64,000 nt of DNA, from contig CM120645.1 in NCBI GenBank assembly GCA_051362555.1, positions 9,982,001-10,046,000 on the forward strand, read 5' to 3'. The translations under genes and the position numbers were made by a program. The DNA comes from Lingula anatina. Taxonomy: Eukaryota; Animalia; Brachiopoda. How positions within the stretch are numbered: position 1 is the first letter of the stretch; each line of letters opens with the position of its first letter. The notes under the pieces are model-generated. The model was given only the letters and a program-made list of their open reading frames with translations, searched no databases and was not told the DNA's origin. Shown in pieces: positions 55,287 to 64,000 of this stretch.

Positions 55287-58115
55287 CTTATTTGCAATAT
55301 TAAACAAAATTTACCTGCATAATTATCACTGCTTCCTTATTATTAATCTAGCAGAGAGCTTTACCTTTGGGAGTTTACAGGGAAATATCAACAAGTCTGC
55401 TTTGCCTAATCTCATTTAATGGCCTATTAAAGCAAATGACTTTATAACTCTGAAATTAATCTAGTGATACCCAAGGGTAATTTACAGACTGACCCACTCA
55501 AAGGTCTTCAGGCCCATAAGTCACACCTTAAGAAAAGCACAAAACCATAATGCCCAAAATAGGAGACTACCAATCCTGATGCAATAATACATCATGTTTA
55601 ACTGCACAGTCAACATCAACTTATGCACAACAGGTAACACAGACGAAAGTAAAAGCATAAGGCTCCAGTCCCATCAGAGTTCAAGTTTATACTTAGAAAG
55701 TGCCAGAATGAGAAAAATGAAAATTTCACAAAAAAATGCATAAATACAATAAACATGATAATCCAATAGAGCTGGTTTTCTCATGAGCTGAAGGCCAATC
55801 CTAAAAATCGTACTTGTAAGTTTAAAATTATAATAAGTAGCACAGTTTTCTTTTCATAATGTTTGCAGTAGCAGTGCAAAAAGATTGTTGTCAATTTTGA
55901 TGTAACATTACATAATAAATTAGAGAATTATTATCACCAATTTTTGTTTATTGACTATAAATAGGATGGACATGTAGAAAATATGATTACCATTTGGCTT
56001 CATGTCCATGGGAGCTGCGAGTCCCACAATGAATATGCCAAAAAGATAATGAATATTACACTAAAATGTATAACTTCCAGAAAAAAAAGCCAATTAGACT
56101 GCTTTTCTAACTCAGGCTGCATTTTAGTCCTGTGTTTCTTTTTTGAAAGTTTGACAGTCATAAGTAACACGGTTTTCCCATAATGGTCATCAAGGCAGCA
56201 GCACCAAAAATTGTGTTTTCTTCTATTTTGATGCAACATTACATAATGCTTAACAGCATACTGACCATCGATTTTTAATAATAAAATATAAGTGTCATGG
56301 ATTTTCACAAAATGTGACTAGCATGGGTCTTCAAGCCCGTGGAGGTTCTAAGTCACACCTTGGAAATGCCAATATGTGAAAAATTAAATTTTCACAAAAA
56401 ACTGTTTAATTGCCAGAAAAATTTACCAAACAGACTGCATTGCCTACTGAAGCTGTATTTTAGTCCCATGTTTCTTTCCTGTAAGTTTGAGAACAGTAAG
56501 TGACATGATTTTCCTTAAATGGTCATCATGGGAGCAATGCCCAAAATAGGGGTTTCTTCAAATTTTGATGCAATATTACATAATGTTTTACAGCATAATG
56601 ACCATCAATTTTTAATTATAAAATATTAGTATCATGGTTATTCAGAAAATGTAACTAGCAAAAGTCTTCAGGCCCATGGAACTTCAAAGTCACACCTTGA
56701 AAATGCCAAAATGTAAACAAGACAGCACTGTTCTGAAATGGGTTTATTTCCATTTTTAACACTTTTTTAACATAAAACAAAATAAACAGTTTACTGCCAT
56801 TTTTATATGACCAATGAAGAAAATTGATGAGATGGAAAAAGTATCAATAGAACAGTGTTAAATGTCCAACTACTCCATTCTGAGATTCTGAACATAGTGG
56901 ATGAATGCATCTGAAAAACTGCAATGATATGAGTTTATTTCCATTTTTGACACTTTATTACACAATACATGATAACAAGTTTACCATCATTTTTACAAAA
57001 TCAACTAACAATGTTGTAAAGATGCAGGAAATGTCAAACAAACACTTTTACGTATCTTATTAGTTCAATAATGAGACTGTAAACATGCTTAAGAATTGAA
57101 TCTGAGGAAATGTGAAAAAAACAGTATAACTTCTAAAATAATGGCCCGATTATGCTGATTTTCGAACTCAACCTGCGTTTTAGTAAGATTGACCACTCCT
57201 GTGAGTATAATTACAATTGGCCAATCCGTTTTTCTTATATTGTGTTATCAGTGTTGCATTTATATTGAAAATAGTGAAAAAACAGCATAAATTCCCTCAA
57301 AATAGCCCAATCATGCTGATTTTCGAACTTGACCTGCGTATTATGGATATTCATCAGTTCTGTAAGTTTCAAGTCAAAAGGTAAAATGGTTTTCCACTTA
57401 TCGTGTTATCGGTGCTGCATATATGCTGAAAAAAGTGAAAAAACAGCATAAATTACCTAAAAGTGACCCGATCATGCTGATTTTCGAACTTGACCTGCGT
57501 ATTATGAATATTCATCAGTTCTGCAAGTTTCAAGTCAAAAGGTAAAATGGTTTTCCACTTATCGTGTTATCGGTGCTGCATATATGCTGAAAAAAGTGAA
57601 AAAACAGCATAACTTCCCTAAAAATGGCCCGATCATGCTGATTTTCGAACTTGACCTGCGTATTAGGAATATTCACCAGTTCTGTAAGTTTCAAGCCAAA
57701 AGCAAAAACGGTGTTCCACTTATCGTGTTATCGGTAAAAGTGCACGACGGCGACGACGGCGACGACGGCGCCGACGGCGACGACAGACGCAGATGATGGC
57801 TATATGTACAGACACATCTGTGTCTGTACATAATAAACTTAAAAACCTGACCGCCTTCCGGAAGACCCAGAGGATGATCTGAATCCACCCATTCAATATG
57901 ATTACAGTTTCAGGACTATGAGAGTTCAAATTCACATGATGAAAGTCCAAATATTTGAAAAATGCATAAAATAATATTACATAATGTTTAAAGACATAAA
58001 AACCAATACAACTGCTTATTTGGAAATACAGAAAATGTGCAGAGCCTCAGGTGGATGGGAGTTAAAAGTCACAAAAGCCAGTGTTTGAGAAAAATTTAAA
58101 AAGAAAATATATCAA

Positions 58116-58339
58116 AACTAGAAAAGCACTCCGAGAGTGCAGACCTCTGCCAAGGCAGCAATTTTTTATTATTATTGATTGATTATTGATCTGAACCACC
58201 ACCAAAAAACTAATCTTTGTCTTACTTGACCCACTTCTGACAGTTCCTGAAAATTTCATCAAAATCGGTCCATAACTTTTTGACTTATGTTGATGACAGA
58301 CAAACAGGGGTGAAAACATAACCTCCTTGGCAGAGGTAA
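58116..58339 (+). mobile_element. Short HINE family C element
   Basis: Same termini; terminal hairpin ACCTCCTTGGCAGAGGT is complementary to the 5' ACCTCTGCCAAGG. Confidence 0.8.
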
Positions 58340-58383
58340 ATATAATTCCAATGAAGCTGCTATTCCAACTTTTAATCTTTGAG

Positions 58384-58444
<61 letters not shown>

Positions 58445-58867
58445 TTATTTGCAATATTAAACAAAATTTACCTGCATAATTATCACGGCTTCCTTATTAT
58501 TAATCTAGCAGAGAGCTTAACCTTTGATCTCATTTAATGGCCTATTAATTAGGCAAATGACTTTATAACTCTGAACTTAGCCTAGTGATACACAAGGGAA
58601 ATTTATAGATTGACCCTCTCAAAGGTCTTCAGGCCCATAAGTCACACCTAAGCACAAAACAATAATGCACAAAATAGGAGACTACCAATTCTGATGCAAT
58701 AATACATGTTTAACTGCACAGTCAACATCAAATTTGAATTTTGCACAACAGGTAACATTGATGAAAGTGAAAGCATAAGGCTTCAGGCCCATCAGAGTTC
58801 AAGTTTATACTTAGAAAGTGCCAGAATGAGAAAAATGAAATTAAAAAAAATGCATAAATTTAATAAA

Positions 58868-61800
58868 AACTAGAGGATCAGAGAGGCGATACCGCCTCCG
58901 AATATTGTACCACCAGCTGGAGTAAGCGCATTCGTATAGACCCCCACATACACAAAATAAGGGACACAGCCACCAGTCTTGTGCTTGACAAGCTGTAAAA
59001 ATGCAATCAACAAGAATTTTTAAACTATTGCAAAATATATATATGGTACAATCAAATTTAAGTTCTTCGTAAGGTAGGTCAAGGGTCAATTTCAAGGTCA
59101 TAGTAAATTGCCAGTATATGACTTCCTATTCAAGTTCAATAGTAACTATGGACCTATCTCTGTCAAGTTTGAAGTTAAAAGAGAAAGAAATTAGCAGAGT
59201 TCAGTTCATGATAAAAAGTAGGTCAAAGGTCAATTTCAAGGTCACACTTGGATTGCCAGTATAGGACTTCCTATTCAAGTTCAATAGTAACTATGGACCT
59301 ATCTCTGCCAGTTTTGGAGATAAAAGGGAAGCAAAATTTGCAAAGTTCAGTTTATGGTAAAAAGTAGGTCAAAGGTCAATTTTAATGTCACATTTATTTT
59401 GCCAGTATATGACTTCCTATTCAAGTTCAATAGTAACTATGGACCTATCTCTGCCAGTTTTGGAGATAAAAGGAAAGCAAAATTTGCAAAGTTCAGTTCA
59501 TAGTGAAAAGTAGGTCAAAGGTCAATTTTAAGGTCACATTTAGATTGCCAGTATATGACTTCCTATTCAAGTTCAATAGTAACTATGGACCTATCTCTGC
59601 CAGTTTTGGAGATAAAAGGGAAGCAAAATTTGCAAAGTTCAGTTCATGGTAAAAAGTAGGTCAAAGGTCAATTTTAAGGTCACATTTAGATTGCCAGTAT
59701 ATGACTTCCTACTCAAGTTTAATAGTAACTACGGACCCATCTCGGCCAGTTTTGGAGATAAAAGGGAAGCAAAATTTGCAAAATTCAGTTCATGGTGTAA
59801 AGTAGGTCAAAGGTCAATTTTAAGGTCACATTTAGATTGCCAGGATATGTCTTCCTATTCAAGTTCAATAGTAACTATGGACCTATCTCTGCCAGTTTTG
59901 GAGATAAAAGGGAAGAAAAATTTGCAAAGTTCAGTTCATGGTGAAAAGTAGGTCACAGGTCAATTTTAAGGTCACATGTAGATTGCCAGTATATGACTTC
60001 CTATTCAAGTTTAATAGTAACTACGGACCCATCTCCGCCAGTTTCGGAGATAAAAGGAAAGCAAATTTTGCAAAGTTCAGTTCATGGTGAAAAGTAGGTC
60101 AAAGGTCAATTTTAAGGTCACATTTAGATTGCCAGTATATGACTTCCTATTCAAGTTTAATAGTAACTACGGACCCATCTCGGCCAGTTTCGGAGATAAA
60201 AGGAAAGCAAAATTTGCAAAATTCAGTTCATGGTGTAAAGTAGGTCAAAGGTCAATTTTAAGGTCACATTTAGATTGCCAGGATATGACTTCCTATTCAA
60301 GTTCAATAGTAACTATGGACCTATCTCTGCCAGTTTTGGAGATAAAAGGGAAGAAAAATTTGCAAAGTTCAGTTCATGGTGAAAAGTAGGTCAAAGGTCA
60401 ATTTTAAGGTCACATTAAGATTGCCAGGATATGACTTCCTATTCAAGTTCAATAGTAACTATGGACCTATCTCTGCCAGTTTTGGAGATAAAAGGGAAGA
60501 AAAATTTGCAAAGTTCAGTTCATGGTGAAAAGTAGGTCAAAGGTCAATTTTAAGGTCACATGTAGATTGCCAGTATATGACTTCCTATTCAAGTTTAATA
60601 GTAACTACGGACCCATCTCGGCCAGTTTCGGAGATAAAAGGAAAGCAAATTTTGCAAAGTTCAGTTCATGGTGAAAAGTAGGTCAAAGGTCAATTTTAAG
60701 GTCACATTTAGATTGCCAGTATATGACTTCCTATTCAAGTTTAATAGTAACTACGGACCCATCTCGGCCAGTTTTGGAGATAAAAGGAAAGCAAAATTTG
60801 CAAAATTCAGTTCATGGTGTAAAGTAGGTCAAAGGTCAATTTTAAGGTCACATTTAGATTGCCAGGATATGACTTCCTATTCAAGTTCAATAGTAACTAT
60901 GGACCTATCTCTGCCAGTTTTGGAGATAAAAGGGAAGAAAAATTTGCAAAGTTCAGTTCATGGTGAAAAGTAGGTCAAAGGTCAATTTTAAGGTCACATT
61001 AAGATTGCCAGTATATGACTTCCTATTCAAGTTCAATAGTAACTATGGTCTTATCTCTGCCAGTTTTGGAGATAAAAGGGAAGCAAAATTTGCAAAGTTC
61101 AGTTCATGGTGAAAAGTAGGTCAAAGGTCAATTTCAAGGTCACATTTAGATTGCCAGTATATGACTTCCTATTCAAGTTCAATAGTAACTATGGACCTAT
61201 CTCTGCCAGTTTTGGAGATAAAAGGGAAGCAAAATTTGCAAAGTTCAGTTCATGGTAAAAAGTAGGTCAAAGGTCAATTTTAAGGTCACATTTAAATTGC
61301 CAGTATATGACTTCCTACTCAAGTTTAATAGTAACTACGGACCCATCTCGGCCAGTTTCAGAGATAAAAGGAAAGCAAAATTTGCAAAGTTCAGTTCATG
61401 GTGAAAAGTAGGTCAAAGGTCAATTTTAAGGTCACATTTAGATTGCCAGTTTATGACTTCCTATTCAAGTTTAATAGTAACTACGGGCCCATCTCGGACA
61501 GTTTCGGAGATAAAAGGAAAGCAAAATTTGCAAAATTCAGTTCATGGTGTAAAGTAGGTTAAAGGTCAATTTTAAGGTCACATTTAGATTGCCAGGATAT
61601 GACTTCCTATTCAAGTTCAATAGTAACTATGGACCTATCTCTGCCAGTTTTGGAGATAAAAGGGAAGAAAAATTTGCAAAGTTCAGTTCATGGTGAAAAG
61701 TAGGTCAAAGGTCAATTTTAAGGTCACATTAAGATTGCCAGGATATGACTTCCTATTCAAGTTCAATAGTAACTATGGACCTATCTCTGCCAGTTTTGGA

Positions 61801-64000
61801 GATAAAAGGGAAGAAAAATTTGCAAAGTTCAGTTCATGGTGAAAAGTAGGTCAAAGGTCAATTTTAAGGTCACATGTAGATTGCCAGTATATGACTTCCT
61901 ATTCAAGTTTAATAGTAACTACGGACCCATCTCGGCCAGTTTCGGAGATAAAAGGAAAGCAAATTTTGCAAAGTTCAGTTCATGGTGAAAAGTAGGTCAA
62001 AGGTCAATTTTAAGGTCACATTTAGATTGCCAGTATATGACTTCCTATTCAAGTTTAATAGTAACTACGGACCCATCTCGGCCAGTTTTGGAGATAAAAG
62101 GAAAGCAAAATTTGCAAAATTCAGTTCATGGTGTAAAGTAGGTCAAAGGTCAATTTTAAGGTCACATTTAGATTGCCAGGATATGACTTCCTATTCAAGT
62201 TCAATAGTAACTATGGACCTATCTCTGCCAGTTTTGGAGATAAAAGGGAAGAAAAATTTGCAAAGTTCAGTTCATGGTGAAAAGTAGGTCAAAGGTCAAT
62301 TTTAAGGTCACATTAAGATTGCCAGTATATGACTTCCTATTCAAGTTCAATAGTAACTATGGTCTTATCTCTGCCAGTTTTGGAGATAAAAGGGAAGCAA
62401 AATTTGCAAAGTTCAGTTCATGGTGAAAAGTAGGTCAAAGGTCAATTTCAAGGTCACATTTAGATTGCCAGTATATGACTTCCTACTCAAGTTTAATAGT
62501 AACTACGGACCCATCTCGGCCAGTTTTGGAGATAAAAGGGAAGCAAAATTTGCAAAATTCAGTTCATGGTGTAAAGTAGGTCAAAGGTCAATTTTAAGGT
62601 CACATTTAGATTGCCAGGATATGACTTCCTATTCAAGTTCAATAGTAACTATGGACCTATCTCTGCCAGTTTTGGAGATAAAAGGGAAGAAAAATTTGCA
62701 AAGTTCAGTTCATGGTGAAAAGTAGGTCACAGGTCAATTTTAAGGTCACATGTAGATTGCCAGTATATGACTTCCTATTCAAGTTTAATAGTAACTACGG
62801 ACCCATCTCCGCCAGTTTCGGAGATAAAAGGAAAGCAAATTTTGCAAAGTTCAGTTCATGGTGAAAAGTAGGTCAAAGGTCAATTTTAAGGTCACATTTA
62901 GATTGCCAGGATATGACTTCCTATTCAAGTTCAATAGTAACTATGGACCTATCTCTGCCAGTTTTGGAGATAAAAGGGAAGCAAAATTTGCAAAGTTCAG
63001 TTCATGGTAAAAAGTAGGTCAAAGGTCAATTTTAAGGTCACATTTAAATTGCCAGTATATGACTTCCTACTCAAGTTAAATAGTAACTACGGACCCATCT
63101 CGGCCAGTTTCAGAGATAAAAGGAAAGCAAAATTTGCAAAGTTCAGTTCATGGTGAAAAGTAGGTCAAAGGTCAATTTTAAGGTCACATTTAGATTGCCA
63201 GTATATGACTTCCTATTCAAGTTCAATAGTAACTATGGACCTATCTCTGCCAGTTTTGGAGATAAAAGGGAAGCAAAATTTGCAAAGTTCAGTTCATGGT
63301 AAAAAGTAGGTCAAAGGTCAATTTTAAGGTCACATTTAGATTGCCAGTATATGACTTCCTACTCAAGTTTAATAGTAACTACGGACCCATCTCGGCCAGT
63401 TTTGGAGATAAAAGGGAAGCAAAATTTGCAAAATTCAGTTCATGGTGAAAAGTAGGTCAAAGGTCAATTTTAAGGTCACATTTAGATTGCCAGGATATGA
63501 CTTCCTATTCAAGTTCAATAGTAACTATGGACCTATCTCTGCCAGTTTTGGAGATAAAAGGGAAGAAAAATTTGCAAAGTTCAGTTCATGGTGAAAAGTA
63601 GGTCACAGGTCAATTTTAAGGTCACATGTAGATTGCCAGTATATGACTTCCTATTCAAGTTTAATAGTAACTACGGACCCATCTCCGCCAGTTTCGGAGA
63701 TAAAAGGAAAGCAAATTTTGCAAAGTTCAGTTCATGGTGAAAAGTAGGTCAAAGGTCAATTTTAAGGTCACATTTAGATTGCCAGTATATGACTTCCTAT
63801 TCAAGTTTAATAGTAACTACGGACCCATCTCGGCCAGTTTCGGAGATAAAAGGAAAGCAAAATTTGCAAAATTCAGTTCATGGTGTAAAGTAGGTCAAAG
63901 GTCAATTTTAAGGTCACATTTAGATTGCCAGGATATGACTTCCTATTCAAGTTCAATAGTAACTATGGACCTATCTCTGCCAGTTTTGGAGATAAAAGGG
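58868..64000 (+). repeat. HINE family B 5' end followed by a 146-bp satellite array (about 33-34 monomers, running past the window end)
   Basis: 5' end nearly identical to 45536; monomer GTGAAAAGTAGGTCAAAGGTCAATTTTAAGGTCACATTTAGATTGCCAG...; ORF-track offsets of 438, 584 and 1314 are multiples of 146. Confidence 0.97.

Larger units (their letters stand above)
49784..57833 (+). mobile_element. Long HINE family A element interrupted by nested insertions
   Basis: 5' end at 49784, resumes at about 54119 (AAATAAAGATGCAAAATAGGTCA), second 5' end at about 54392, 3' hairpin at about 57803-57833. Confidence 0.8.

Noticed and set aside
59646-62725. Repeated 101-aa ORFs (MVKSRSKVNF...)
   Set aside because: Chance frames across 146-bp satellite monomers; not a gene family.
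59070-64000. CRISPR-like array
   Set aside because: No unique spacers, units are contiguous near-identical monomers, and the context is eukaryotic.

Overview
AT-rich, intron-rich animal genomic DNA (probably a lophotrochozoan or other marine invertebrate; inferred from the repeat families). Three protein-coding genes can be reconstructed by GT-AG splicing. (1) The 3' portion of HDAC6 on + (22 exons, 350..11649; two deacetylase domains plus ZnF-UBP). (2) A convergent 3-exon FAD-dependent polyamine/spermine oxidase on - (18430..22100). (3) On -, a phase-consistent spliced ORF of about 1057 aa, 5'-incomplete (28427..41289), joining a TIR domain with the NADase-type Glu, the G3/G4/G5 half of a ROC GTPase, a COR domain and an intact Nal1/Ssy5-like trypsin-fold serine protease. 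This TIR-ROC-COR-protease fusion, with no P-loop visible between TIR and G3, is the most unusual item and looks like an innate-immune sensor/effector. The rest is non-autonomous transposons: Helentron/HINE-like elements with internal tandem arrays, Academ-, Harbinger- and Sola-like TIR elements, several of them nested, and a 146-bp satellite with higher-order structure and nuclear-receptor motifs. All calls are from reading the sequence by eye; no database searches were run.
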